A stretch of DNA of 64,000 nucleotides from Octopus sinensis (lineage: Eukaryota), in NCBI RefSeq assembly GCF_006345805.1, contig NC_043020.1, positions 15,190,001 to 15,254,000 on the forward strand, written 5' to 3'. Below, in pieces: positions 12,101-24,589 of this stretch (the first letter of the stretch is position 1; each line of letters opens with the position of its first letter). The notes beneath the pieces were generated by a model. It had not been told where the DNA came from. It did not search any database and saw only the letters and a list, made by a program, of their open reading frames with translations. The position numbers were made by a program, and so were the translations under genes.

Positions 12101-12329
12101 GTAAGTTGGATTTTGAAACAAAAAAGAAAAAAAAAAGGAAAAAAGAAAAGAGAAAAAAAAAGTGTTATGGTTTAGAGCAGGGGTTGGTGAACCAGGGTAA
12201 ATTACCCCAAGTAGGGTAAAAATGAAATCCTTGCGGGTAATGAGGACGCATTAGACTTAAGTAAAATTATATAAAAAAATGTGTTCCTTGTTATGACAGA
12301 AATTTTCTTCTGGCAACATTGCATCTGTC

Positions 12330-12655
12330 TAATTCAATTCAGTTCAATTCAATTCTTATTGGCTCAAAAAGCAAAAGCAAGGCCATGTAGGGGGGCAGGG
12401 AGTTATGTACAAGAAGTGTGGTCATACAAAGAGTTCAGGCCATTTCTGGTCAAGAGAGACTTTGAACCGAGCCATCGTTGGCATCTTCACTATCTCGTCC
12501 GGCAGCTTATTCCATGGATCCGCAACCCGGATGGAGAAAGCTCCTCTCCCTCGATTGAGATGAAATCGTCATAGATAGAGCTTATCGGAGTGACCCCGCA
12601 GCCCACGCTCTGGAGCAGGAGTGAAGAACAGCTCTTTTGAGAGGTTACATTTGTA
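12330..12655 (-). mobile_element. CR1/L2-like LINE 3' end
   Basis: GLRGHSDKLYL*RFHLNRGRGAFSIRVADPWNKLPDEIV, microsatellite tail; second copy at 57293-57606 (-). Confidence 0.8.
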
Positions 12656-14925
12656 ATGAATGTGTAAACAGATTCAATAAAATGGATTCAGTAAGACTTT
12701 TGAATTCAAAGAATCTATAATTTTCTTCCTTTCAAACCAAGGGAGTAACATCACTGTAAATAAATATACTTTGGGGTAATGGGTTAAAAAAAGTTTCTGA
12801 TCCTTGGCTTAGAGCAGTGTTTCTCAACCACTTTTTGCATAGGAGTGGCTGTGTGATAAGTAGCTTGCTTACGAACCACACGGTTCCGGGTTCAGTCCCA
12901 CTGCATGGCACCTTGAGCAAGTGTCCTACTATAGTGTCGGGCCGACCAAAGCCTTGTGAGAACTACTGTTTTAGAGGTTCAAGGGTAGCACATTTTTAAA
13001 TTCTCCAAAAATGATAGGGAAGAAGAAGAACAAGGTTTCATGCCTAGGATCTCTTCTCTAAATGCCACTTAAGGCATCCAATGACCACATGGTGGTGTTA
13101 TTCTAGGCAAGTAATTAAGTCTACTACACAAATATGAGAAAGATTCCTCTGATGAGCTTGAGCTAATAGTTTCCTGCTACTAAATTTCGCTGTCAAGACT
13201 TTGGTTGACTTGGAACTATTGTAGAAGATACATGCTCAAGGTGCTAAAGAGTGGAATTGAACTTGAGACCATGTAATTGAGAAGCTAGCTTGTTATCACA
13301 GTCATGTCTGCACCAGTTGACTTCTAATATTAAAGAAGGAAAGTATTAGCCAAGAACCCTGTTGGTTACTGAGGTGTTGTACTGATACCTTGGTAACAGA
13401 ACTCTTCACTTTCCTTAGTGTGCTTGGTCTAAACAAGGGACATGGCTTCTGCCTTTTCAATTAGTTGTAGAGTCAGTAAAATAAGCCAGACCATCTGTTA
13501 TTTGCTCTTCGTGTTATTGGTCATTTTAATTGTCAGCTATTACTCTACATATAATGATATATGTGCTTATAATGGTACACACAAGTGTCATATCAAATCT
13601 TCTGCTATTATTTAACTTCAGGGATGTACATAACAGTTGTCAAAACAAAATTCAGCAATTTCTAAGTCTGCTATTTTGCCCCAGATCAACCATGATCAAA
13701 CATGACTATAAGGTGTTCTAGCCAGAACCAGCTCATTTAATATTTATTTGGTGTATCTAATTCTGTACTATCTAATGTAGCCAACCATTTTAAGATGACA
13801 GGATGTAATGTTAGGGACAAGATTTAGGTGTTGTTTTGAGCATGTCAAAAGAATGCATAGAGGCTCTCTCTCAGTTGTTCAGTCATACTATCTTTCAAGA
13901 GAATGATCTTACATTGCACAAAATTTCAGGTTTATAAAGGCAGGAGAGTGAGATTATATTGTGGTCATTTCAAACAGGAATTTTTGACATAAACAGTGAA
14001 ATTCCCAGAGAATAAAATATTGGCAATAAATTTGGTAGGAATTTATTACTATTCTGTGGCACTCACTATATTTATATATGAAAAATATTGATTTCTTGCA
14101 GTTGTTATAGAAGTAGATGTAAATGAAACTGTGACATTCCTGTAAACAAGATAACTGAGCTTATCTTCCCACCACATTTAGAAGGACATTAACCCTTTAG
14201 TGTTCCCATTCATCATCATCATCATCATCGTTTAGTGTCCGCTTTCCATGCTGGCATGGGTTGGACGGTGCAACTGGGGTCTGGGAAGCCAGAAGGCTGC
14301 ACCAGGCTGCACCAGGCCCAGTCTGATCTGGCAATGTTTCTACAGCTGGATGCCCTTCCTAACGCCAACCACCCCGTGAGTTTAGTGGGTGCTTTTTACG
14401 TGCCACCGGCACAGGTGCCAGACGAGGCTGGCAACGGCCACAATTGGATGGTGCTTTTTACGTGCCACCGGCACGGAAGCCAGTCAGGGCGGCACTGGCA
14501 ACGGCCATGTTCGGATGGTTCTCTTATGTGCCACCAGCACTGGTATCACAGCTACAATTTCCATTCATGTTGATCGGTTTTGATTTTGATTTTTTGATTT
14601 TTTAATTCTGCCAAAATTAATCCTTTTTATCCACATTGTTTTGAACTAATCATTCATTAATCTTGTAGCTATGAGATTTTGATGAGGTAGTTGTTAATTT
14701 TTAAAACGATATTGTAGGGTTGGTGTGAGAGACCAGATCTGGCCAGTTTGAACATAAAACAGGCAGAATACTTTTGGCCGGATATGGCCGGTTTAAATGC
14801 TAAAGGGTTAATTATTGTGTTGAGAGAGAATGGTTTAATGTAGGGTATGGTTTAATGGCATGGTTTAATAAGTACTAGTTGAGTACAGGGGTCGCTGTAA
14901 TCAACTATCCACCTCTCCAAAATTT

Positions 14926-15282
14926 CACCCCTAACATCTGGCCACCTAACTCCCCAGACTGCAACCCCCTTGGTTATTATGGGTGGGGTTCAGTTGAATG
15001 AGAGACTAACAAAACTCCTTACACCAAAGATGAGCTGAAAGCAAGGATTATGGCAGCATTGATCAACTTAAACAAGGAGACTGCCAAGAAGAATTGCAAG
15101 AGATTCTGAAGTCATCTAGAGGCTGTGGTTGAAGCCAATGGCAATTTTATTGAATAAATTTACTCTTTAGTATATCAAGATATTTTAATGTAATTTTGGT
15201 AAATATATCTGTTAAAATGAGATGTCAGTGTTATTTTCATTTTTGTGTAATTTAGACAACAGTTTATTCACCGTATCCTGTA
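14926..15282 (+). mobile_element. Tc1/mariner-superfamily 3' end with TIR
   Basis: WPPNSPDCNPLGYYGWG ... LEAVVEANGNFIE*, ending ...TATCCTG-TA. Confidence 0.75.
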
Positions 15283-16890
15283 TATATACATACATATATA
15301 CGATGGGCTTCTTTCAGTTTCCATCTACCAAATCCACTCACAAGGCTTTGGTTGGCCTGAGGCTGTAGTAGAAGACACATGCCCAAGGTGCCATGCAGTG
15401 GGACTGGGCCTAGAATTATGTAGTTGGGAAGTAAGCTTCTTACCACCCAGTCACGCCTGTAGATAATTTGTAATTTGATTAATAGGTTATTTCTTATCAC
15501 AAACATAAAAAGAAGAAACAAAGTAGGATATCTTTCTATGTTGGACATTAGTAAAGTGGCCTTGCCTCTTAGCAATAAATGACTGATAAAGCATGTCAAA
15601 GATAAAACAGTTAATAAAATAACAGAAAAAAATAAACAACAATGAAACAAAATGATTCATGGTTTGAAAAATGTAAATTGCTAACAGCATGGTTACCTAG
15701 AAGTGTTAAATTAGTTGTTCAAATCCTGTCACTAGGTCTGCTGCTATTTTCTGTCTCCATAGTGTCTAATGCTATTATTTATTCTCGTTTAAATGTGGAT
15801 GTTCTGTTAGAACAGATTATACTGCAATAGATGCCATGAGAGAAATTCTCATATGGGTGGGCTTTTGATGTAAAATGCTCACCTGTTTATATTGCTAGTG
15901 GGAGATAAATCTCTGCCATCTCCAGTGCCGAGAGCATCAGATCACATGATTTCGACCTTCCTTGATCTTTTCATTGACGGACACTCAACCGCTAGAGATA
16001 GCAGCAACTCATCTCCCCACCAGCAGTCTATAGAAAGTCAGTATCACAACAGGCGCTGGTGTCATGATTAACCAGTGAGCTTGTTAAAAAATATATATTA
16101 GGGACAGAGGCAGTATTAATACTGAGAGGTAATATTTAAACCCACTTAAACATGGATGTTCTGTTAGAACAAACTATACTGTGGTGGATACCATGAGAGA
16201 TACTCTCCTATAGGCTTTTAGTGCAAAATGCATGCTTGTGTATATCACTAGCAGAGTGATAAACCCTTGCCATCTCAGGACAGGCACTGATGTTGTGATT
16301 AGCCAGTGAGTTTGTTAAAAAATATAGTCTAATATCTTTAGCATATTCTTTGATACATGGTTGTGTTGGATGAGTCCGTATTTAATAATCTCTATTCCTG
16401 TTGCCTTAATCTTTTGTGTGATGAAACCTATCACTTTGTGATCTTTTTAAAAACTTCATACGTCTCCAGTCTCTCAGCTCATTTCTGCTGCAAAATTCTT
16501 TCATCGGGCTGTGTGGTAAGTAGCTTGCTTACCAACCACATGGATCCGGGTTCAGTCCCACTGCGTGGCACCTTGGGCAAGTGTCTTCTACTACAGCCTC
16601 GGGCTGACCAAAGCCTTGTGAGTGGCCAGCACACCGAAAGGCTGCACCAGACTCCAGTCTGATTTGGCATGGTTTTCTAAAGCTGGATGCCCTTCCTAAC
16701 GCCAACCACTCCGAGAGTGTAACGGGTGCTTTTACTTGCTACTGTATGGGTGCCATTTGTGTAACAATGGGGTGCTTTTATGTGTCACTGGCATGGGTGC
16801 TAGTTTGCATGACTGCAATTTTGTAGGAATGTAGTTATTTCTCTAAATACATTGGCTTTTTTGCTGCACATTATTTACAAACAGTACCAA

Positions 16891-16963
16891 GGTTCCATGG
16901 TGTAGTGGTTATCACATCTGCTTAACACGCAGAAGGTCGTGAGTTCAAAACTCGCTGGAACCT
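16891..16963 (+). tRNA. tRNA-Val (anticodon AAC) gene or recent pseudogene, intronic
   Basis: Full cloverleaf: acceptor GGTTCCA/TGGAACC, anticodon stem TCTGC/GCAGA with loop TT-AAC-AC (16924-16926), T arm GTGAG-TTCAAAA-CTCGC. T6 Pol III terminator at 16974-16979. Confidence 0.9.
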
Positions 16964-18023
16964 ACGAATGACATTTTTTCAAATGGCAGTGCCACAGCAT
17001 GGCCACAGCTCGTGAGCTGAAACTAGATAAAATAAAATAAAATAAAATAGTACTTATAAATGTTTTATAGGTATTTTGGAAAGTTATACGATAATTTGAA
17101 TTTTACAGAGGATCGTGAAATTCTTAATTTTTATTTTTATTTGAAATTGTATTTTCTTCGGAAATGTTTCCTTCTTGTGTTAACATAAAGCCTACGCAGG
17201 TAGTACAGATGGTGCAGATGTTAGAGACAACATCTTTGAAAGCTATATTCTTTATTTTACACTTGTCACCTAATTTATTCTGAAACTTTACATTAAGAAT
17301 GAGATACATCCAATTGCCCGTTATGAAATACTGGTTCTCTTTTCTTCTCTGTGTGTGTGTGTGTGTGTGCGTGTGTGAGTGTGTGTGAGTGAGTGAGTGA
17401 GAATAAATAAATAAATAAATACTAAATTCTGCTAATGATATAAGTTTCAAAAATAGAAATATTAAAATTTCTAAGTCTCTCTAAAGGAGACTACGGCAGT
17501 GGTACTAGAAATTAACAGTTATCGCCAAGCTAATATGGCAGTCCATAAATATATGACTTAAGCTGCCGTTGATTAGCTGCAAGAGGCCATCGCCTCTAGC
17601 TAGCTATATGACACATGAACCTGTGTCCATATAAGTTCCATTTGATTCTCATCTTTGGGCTGCTAAATGGAATTTGTCTGGGTTGCTAAATGGAAAGTTA
17701 AGTGACTCTTTTGCTTGGATTCATTAATCCTTCAACACCTTGGTTTGCCAATCTTTTCACCTTGTATTCGCACCAGCATAACCACTACTGACTTCTGGAA
17801 ACCTTTTTGATGTCCCTTCCGCTACTTCTTGTTTTTTGGGGTTTTTTTTTTTATCTTACTAAAAGTTTTCATAGTCATTATCTATAAATGAGGCACTTGT
17901 TGTTATCAATACTCTGAGATGATACTTGAGAGTGAAGTTTAATGAGATCCGAACCTTGAATGTTGAGGATATGTAAAGGCTAGAAAGAAATGGCACAAGC
18001 ATGTTCCAGTGGAGGTATATGTC

Positions 18024-18580
18024 AGGTCACTTTCGAGTGCTACTGGTAACATGTAACCCAGTACAACCTGTTGCATGGTCGGGTCGTCGGCGACTAAACC
18101 GGGAACCCCACCAAGCTTGCTTGGTGAGGAGGGTGTTTATTGGACACCCTGCGGGATGAAAAACAAAACCCGTCAAAGGGCGGAGGAACTCTTGAGAGTC
18201 AACGGTCATCCAATAAATGTCTTAAGGATGTATCATGCGCGGGGACATAGAAATAATCGGACTGAATACCCGATCGCGCAGTTAAACCATTGGGAGTGAA
18301 GGACTCCTAGCCTTTGTTAGGGCATACTTCTAGGAGAAGGTAACTCAGGTAATTTGGATAACTCCAACATAAAACCTGCGGCTCAGTGGTTACCGATGAT
18401 GTTGACTTGTTCTTCTTTTCAGATTATGGCTGCTGTTGCTTAGTGAGTGGGATTGACTCAGTGCACAGCCTTTCCTCACTTTAAAAGAAATCTTCTTGCA
18501 CAGGCATTGCACAATAACAACATTGATTAAGCTTCGCGCAATGGCCATGCTCGATAATGAGGGGGAAGCCACCATAATGT
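18024..18580 (+). mobile_element. Non-coding ~550-bp dispersed repeat, probable non-autonomous LINE derivative
   Basis: Second copy at ~46075-46440 (-). No ORF; RTE-5'UTR-like GGAGAAGGTAACTC motif; 3' end GAGGGGGCAGCCATCATCAT-type in the 46 kb copy. Confidence 0.55.
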
Positions 18581-19379
18581 CAGTTTGCTTGAACAACATG
18601 GGACAAATGACCTCGGAGAAAAACTGTGCATATGGAGGAATGAGCTGTAGTTTGTAAGAGAAAAATCTGTGATGACATGGATGTAGAATGTGTATGATGA
18701 AAGCTGCTTAAAGGAAGTGCTGAGCACACAAAGTTGATCGGACCTGTGGAAGAGGATGACATGGGATAAAGTGGTGAAAACTGATGTTGAACCTTGCAGC
18801 TGTCTTCATCCATATGCACTACTTAGCAATACCAGTGTAGTCTTCACACTTGCATACTACATCTGATTCATTTTATGCCGTTTTTCTCTCAACACATTTA
18901 CGTTTTGTCATTCATGCACTTACATTGTACATGAAACAGAGCAAGCTTGCTTCATTTATTTTTAGTCTTCTTATCATAAGCTTCTTACCACACAGCCACA
19001 CCTATGTCATCATCACCATTGTCGTTTAACGCCCGCTTTCCATGCTAGCATGGGTTGGACGGTTCGACTGGGGATCTGGGAAGCCAGGAGGCTGCACCAG
19101 GCTCCAGTCTGATCTGGCAGTGTTTCTACAGCTGGATGCCCTTCCTAACACCAACCACTCCTTGAGTGTAATGGGTGCTTTTTATGTGCCAGGGGAAGCT
19201 GGCAACGGCCACGATCGGTTGGTGCTTTTTACATGCCACTGGCACAGAAGCCAGTCAAGGTGAGGCAAAAAAATTCTGTACCTCTGATGGGACTTGACCT
19301 GCAATTTCCTGTTTGTTTATCTTTTATGATTGCATCTCCTTCAATACTGATTTTAACTTTTTTCTTTTTTCTTTTCCAG

Positions 19380-19584
19380 TTTTTTACAGTATGGCAGTTT
19401 TCCTATCATCAACCTCACAAACAAAACATTTCCAAATACCTTCTACTTAAAACGAACATTTTCCGAGCGTTTCATATTACGTTCCGACAACAGGACCACT
19501 GTCATTAATATGGACGCACCTAGACATGGACCATGGTTTGCAGCTGCACTTTTACCAAACCCCAATGAAAAAATACAACAGAAG
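19380..19584 (+). CDS. PGAP6: PGAP6/TMEM8A-like protein, exon 3
   Basis: TTTTCCAG/GTAATT boundaries. FLQYGSFPIINLTNKTFPNTF...PRHGPWFAAALLPNPNEKIQQK resembles the TMEM8 LQHGAPPVINP and PGDWFLAAHLP motifs (from memory). Confidence 0.9.
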
Positions 19585-19619
19585 GTAATTATATGTTACT
19601 TATTACTAGAGTACAAGTA

Positions 19620-19937
19620 GGAGCACTCCGTCGGTTACGACGACGAGGGTCCCAGCTGATACGATCAATGGAACAGCTTGCTCATGAAATTAACGTGCAA
19701 GTGGCTGAGCACTCCACAGACACGTGTACCCTTAACGTAGTTCGCAAGGAGATTCAGCATGACACAGAGTGTGACAAGGCAGGCCCTTTTTGAAATACAG
19801 TTACTACTCATTTTTGTCAGCTGAGTGGACTGGAGCAGCGTGAAATAAAGTGTCTTGCTCAAGGACACAACGCATTGCTGTGAATCAAACTCACAACCTT
19901 ACGATCATGAGCCGAATGCCCTAACCACTAAGCCACA
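19620..19937 (-). mobile_element. tRNA-derived SINE family 3
   Basis: Reverse strand GTGGCTTAGTGGTTAGGG head, TGTGTCCTTGAGCAAGACAC core. Other copies at 3003-3120, 6421-7135 (split by an RTE tail), 27293-27477, 30138-30432(+). Confidence 0.82.
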
Positions 19938-20290
19938 TGTCCTCACTAGAGTACAAGTAATACAGTGTGAATTGCAAATAAATTTATGAGAGAACACTTT
20001 GGAAGGAATAATAAGGCAGGTAGCTAGCAGAACCATTAGCACACTGGGCAAAATGTTTAGTAGCTCTTCATCTTTACATTCTGAGTTCAAATTCTGTTGA
20101 GGTTGACTTTGCCTTTCATCCTTTCAGAGTTGATGAAATAAGTATGATTTGAGCCCTGGTGTTGATGTTATTGACTTAGCCCCCCTCCTCTAATATTGGT
20201 TTCAAATTTTGTGCCAAAATTTGAAACCAATATTACATATGGAAATGAGAAAAATCAGTTTTCTAACAGTTTATTTATTAGAAATTCAAT

Positions 20291-21517
20291 GACAAAATAA
20301 TGGAAACACTTAGCATCATAGCATCAAAATTTTGAAATATCTGTAAAACTGTCAAAAGCTTGTTTATTTTTATGCTTTTTGATTTATTATTAGTGTTGCT
20401 TCATATGTTTTTCTAAAATTGCAGTTTCTTTTCAGATATCATCAAAAAAAGGTAATTAAAATTCATTAAAATGACAGATCTATCGCACTTTCAAAGCGGC
20501 CAAATTGTTGGTGCTCGTATGGGAGGTGCTAGCATAACAAAAACAGCTGAAATGTTTGGTGATATCAAAAACTACTGTCTCAAAAGTAATGACAGCCTTT
20601 GAGAAAGAGGGAAAAACCTCCTCATTGAAATAAAACTCTGGAAGAAAACCAAACCTTTCAGATAGGGAATTGTTAGAAAGGATCACAAAAGTACTGCTCC
20701 CAAAATTACTGCAGAGCTTAATGACCACCTTGAGAAGGCAGTTTCCACAGAAACTGTTTGCCGGGAGCTGCACAAAGCTGGATTTCATGGGAGGACTGCA
20801 ATCAGAAAACCACTACTTTCAAAATCAAACATTGCAAAGTGTTTAGAGTGAAGTAAAAACCTACAGAATTGGTCCCCAGAGCAGTGGAAGAATGTTATTT
20901 TCTCAGACGAGTCATCCTTTACCTCATTTCCGACCACTGGCTGAGTATATGTGTGGAGACAGCCAAAAGAAGCATTTGACCCAGACTGTCTTCTTCCAAC
21001 TGTTAAACGTGAAGGAGGATCTGTGATGATCTGGAGGGCTATATCTTGGAAATCCACTGGCCCAATGGTTTCCCTTCATGGCAGAATTAATAGTCGAGAC
21101 TGTTTAAGCATTTTATCTGATCAAATTCATCCTATGGTTGCAGAACTATTTTAGGATGATAATGCACCAATTCACACAGCTAAAGTTGTTACTGAATGGC
21201 ACGAGGAACATTCTAATGGAGCTGAACATTGTATCTGGCCACCACATTCCCCAGGTTTCTATATTATTGAACATTTATGGTGCATTTTAGAAAAACAAGT
21301 CAGGACTCAATATCCTCCACCATCATCACTGCAAGAATTGGAGACTGTATTAACTGAAGGATGGACAAAAGTTCCTTTGGAAACAATTCAAACTTTGTAT
21401 GAGTCCATAGCTCATAGAATTCAAGCTGTAATTACTGCCAAAGGTGGTCGTACCCCATATTAAAATAAATTTGTTTGAAATTTTAAGGTGTTTCCTTTAT
21501 TTTGTCCAACCCCTGTA
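20291..21517 (+). mobile_element. Tc1-like (DD34E-type) DNA transposon, near full length, inactivated
   Basis: Transposase remnant 20471-21463 (MTDLSHFQSGQIVGAR, VIFSDES, VMIWRAISW, DDNAPIHTAK, WPPHSPG, AKGGRTPY*). 3' TIR ends CCAACCCCTG-TA; 5' TIR survives only as GACAAAATAATGGAAACAC. Confidence 0.9.
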
Positions 21518-22984
21518 TGGTACTATGGAACAATACAATTTCTGTTGTGCTTAATAAAACAAAGTTATTTCTTAGGAATTGTTTAATAATTTTTTTTCTG
21601 AAAAGTGATTTTAATAAAGTATATACTTTCCCTCTTTGTCTCACCCTATGAAATAATATCTCACTCTCAGAGAATGCAAGTATTACTGGTTGGGAACACC
21701 TTGCTTGAAAGTTTCCTTGTTCAAATCCAACCAGGTACTATGTGCATGTCCAAGAATATAATATTTAATGATGATAACCTATCAAAATGTAATATATATA
21801 CCATCATCATGTAATATTTGTCTTGCTTGCCAGCACATGTTGGCTGATTTGATGGGATCCAATAAGCTGGTGGACTTTGTTGAGCTTCAATGTCTGTTTT
21901 GGCATAGTTTCTATGGGGAGAGACCAACCACTTTACAGGTTGTACTGGGTGTTTTTTTTAATATATTCCACAGGTACTAGTGAGGTTGTCAGGTAACTCA
22001 CAAGGCAAAGAAAAGATCCTTAATTGCGTAAAATTGTAGTAGAGAGGGAGGTGGATTTATGCCTGGTGTTTAGAGTCTAAAGTATGATAGAGGGACAGAC
22101 TCAGGTATCTTGCTCTGAAGGAGATACATGGCCATCCCACATTATGAGGATGGAGGTAAGTAGCTGAAAAGAATACAACGATGGCAATAGCAGTAATGAA
22201 GTGCCAGAGTGCACTTTCAAGATACAAGAAGGTGAGTATAGGAGAGAATAAGGGCAAAGAACTGGAAAGGATGGGTGAATAAGTTCATTAGAGTATGAGA
22301 GGAGGGTCACAGGTGGTTAGAGATGGGTGTAGGGTGAGTGTAGGGAATGGAACACAGGTGGAGGTGTGGCTGATGGTAAATGTCAGTATGGTGGGGGAGA
22401 GGTGAGAAGTTGTTCAGGAAGGAGGAGGTGATAAATGGCAGTACCAGGAGGTAGGAGAGCAGCAGTATAACATACCTGTGGGTAGATAAGAAATTATATA
22501 GAGTATGTACTAGGTGTGCGAGAGAGATGTACAGTGAAAGAGATGGATGTCAGAGATACAAAGGGTGGCAGTAGTGTTTGTGTGTAGGGAGGAGGGTTGT
22601 CAATGGCAGATATGCCAGGGTGATGAGAATGATAGAGGGTGTTAAAGATAAGGTAATTGCAGTCCTAAAATGTATCTCGGTGAGACGCAGAAAGGGATGA
22701 GAAGTGAAAAATAAAGTGGAAGGTATGGATTTTGTAAGGAAGTGGTTCTAGGAGAGGAGAGGTAACTAGTAGTACAAAGGAGAATGAAATGTGTGCATAT
22801 TTTTCTCTTGGTTATAGCAGCTGAATAATGTCGCAGTTAGAAAAGTGGAGGGATGGGTGTTAGGAAGATAAAAGGCAGGGAAGGCTTCACAAGTACAGGT
22901 TGGATGTAAAAGCAAGATCCATAAACCTAATGTCTTTTGAGACCTCACTTTCATTGAGATGGACAGGTCTTGAGTACAGCAAAT

Positions 22985-23515
22985 ACCAATCACCTTGGTC
23001 CTTAGTCATTTTTTATTCCACAAGGCTCAGCATCTTGAGATCAAACTCCACTACTTGTCCCATGTGTTCCTGGATCAGCTTCTTTCACAAGTTCCATCCA
23101 CATTTAGCAGTTGGCACTTCTTTATACAGCTGTTCTCGTCCGTATGCATCACATGGCCATACCGACCCAGTCTTCTCTCTTGCACACTACATCTGATTCC
23201 GCTTACGCCCAGTTTTTCTCTCAATGCATATACACTTTGTCATGATGCACTTACGTTGTACTGCAACAGCGCAGGCTTGTTTCATTTCTTTTTAGTCTTC
23301 GCATGCTCTCTGCATTCTCGACTCTATTCTCTCTACCATGAAGCATTGCTGTTTGTACTCAAGCATCATACAATTTCCTTTCCTCTCTAGTAGAAAGACC
23401 TCTTGTTACCAACAGAGGTAATAGCTTTCTGAATTTTCTCCATCCTATTCTTACTCCAGCTACTATTCTTACAGAACTTTCCTTCTTCACTGCTAATTTG
23501 ACTACCTAAGTATCA
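22985..23515 (-). mobile_element. Decayed RTE LINE, C-terminal ORF region
   Basis: Frameshifted remnants of YLGSQIS, LREKLGV..IRCSVQERRL.RYGHVMR and KKCQLLNVDGTCER. Confidence 0.7.
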
Positions 23516-23530
23516 GAAAGTATCTATTAC

Positions 23531-23949
23531 AGGCGCAGGAGTGGCTGTGTGGTAAGTAGCTTGCTAGCCAACCACATGGTTCCGGGTTCAGTCCCACTGC
23601 GTGGCACCTTGGGCAAGTGTCTTCTGCTATAGCCCCGGGCCGACCAATGCCTTGTGAGTGGATTTGGTAGACGGAAACTGAAAGAAGCCCGTCGTATACA
23701 TGTATATATATATATGTGTGTGCGTGTATGTTTGTGTGTCTGTGTTTGTCCCCCTAGCATTGCTTGACAACCGATGCTGGTGTGTTTACGTCCCCGTTAC
23801 TTAGCTGTTCGGCAAAAGAGACCGATAGAATAAGTACTGGGCTTACAAAAGAATAAGTCCCGGGATCGAGTTGCTCGATTAAAGGCGGTGCTCCAGCATG
23901 GCCGCAGTCAAATGACTGAAACAAGTAAAAGAGTAAAGAGTAGAGAGTA
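23531..23949 (+). mobile_element. tRNA-derived SINE family 1 (CORE-like centre), full copy
   Basis: A/B boxes (TGGCTGTGTGG, GGTTCAGTCC), GCACCTTGGGCAAGTGTCTT core, internal (TA)n, GAGTAAA tail. Full copies also at 9999-10404(-), 27870-28293(-), 32851-33258(+), 43349-43752(-); partials near 1840, 5560, 12840, 15290, 16505, 38920, 58510. Confidence 0.88.
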
Positions 23950-24433
23950 TTAGCTCCAAAGAATCTTCTGGGCGTTTAAGAAAATCTATCCCCTTTGTTT
24001 TTCTTTGCGTTTATTGTTCTTGCACATCTGCCATGTATAACATCTACTTTCTCTTCAATGTTCTGCTAATAACTAAGCTAATTATTATGCTATTATGCTA
24101 CTTTCTGTTTTATATCATCCATGTTTAACCCTTCAGCATATTTAAACCAGCCATATTAGGCTCAAATATTTTATTTTATGCTCAAACTGGCCAAACTCTG
24201 CCTCTCACGATGACCCTATACAATGTCATTCAAAAAAATAAGCAATCACTTTATCAAAATTTTGAAGCTACAAGTTTAATTCATGATTAATTCAAAACTA
24301 TGTGAATAGACAAACATCATATTTCGGAGTAATCTGAGTGCTTAAGGGTTAAATGCTATGTAAATGTCATGCTGTGATGCTGATGATGATGCTTAGGATG
24401 ATTATGATGGTGGTACTGTACATTTTTCTGCAG

Positions 24434-24573
24434 GGTATCCTCACCAAATGTAAATACTCTGTACGTGGTATGTTGGTCACTCAGACGAGGAAAGGTTATG
24501 GTCAAGCTGTGGCCAATACAATTGTTACAACAACATTAATGCATGGTTTTGAGTCCAAGATGAAATATTATAA
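24434..24573 (+). CDS. PGAP6: PGAP6/TMEM8A-like protein, exon 4
   Basis: TTTCTGCAG/GTGAGT boundaries. GILTKCKYSVRGMLVTQTRKG...SKMKYY; phase 0 to 2. Confidence 0.85.
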
Positions 24574-24589
24574 GTGAGTATTAAAGAGA

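Noticed and set aside
15788-16325. Apparent local ~360-bp tandem duplication upstream of the tRNA
   Set aside because: Copies are quite diverged and a third occurs inverted near 33660-33835, so it is an ordinary old dispersed repeat.
22030-22870. Purine-rich block that may be a decayed LINE endonuclease region (similar blocks near 50530-50930 and 52640-53160)
   Set aside because: No diagnostic motif could be read with confidence.
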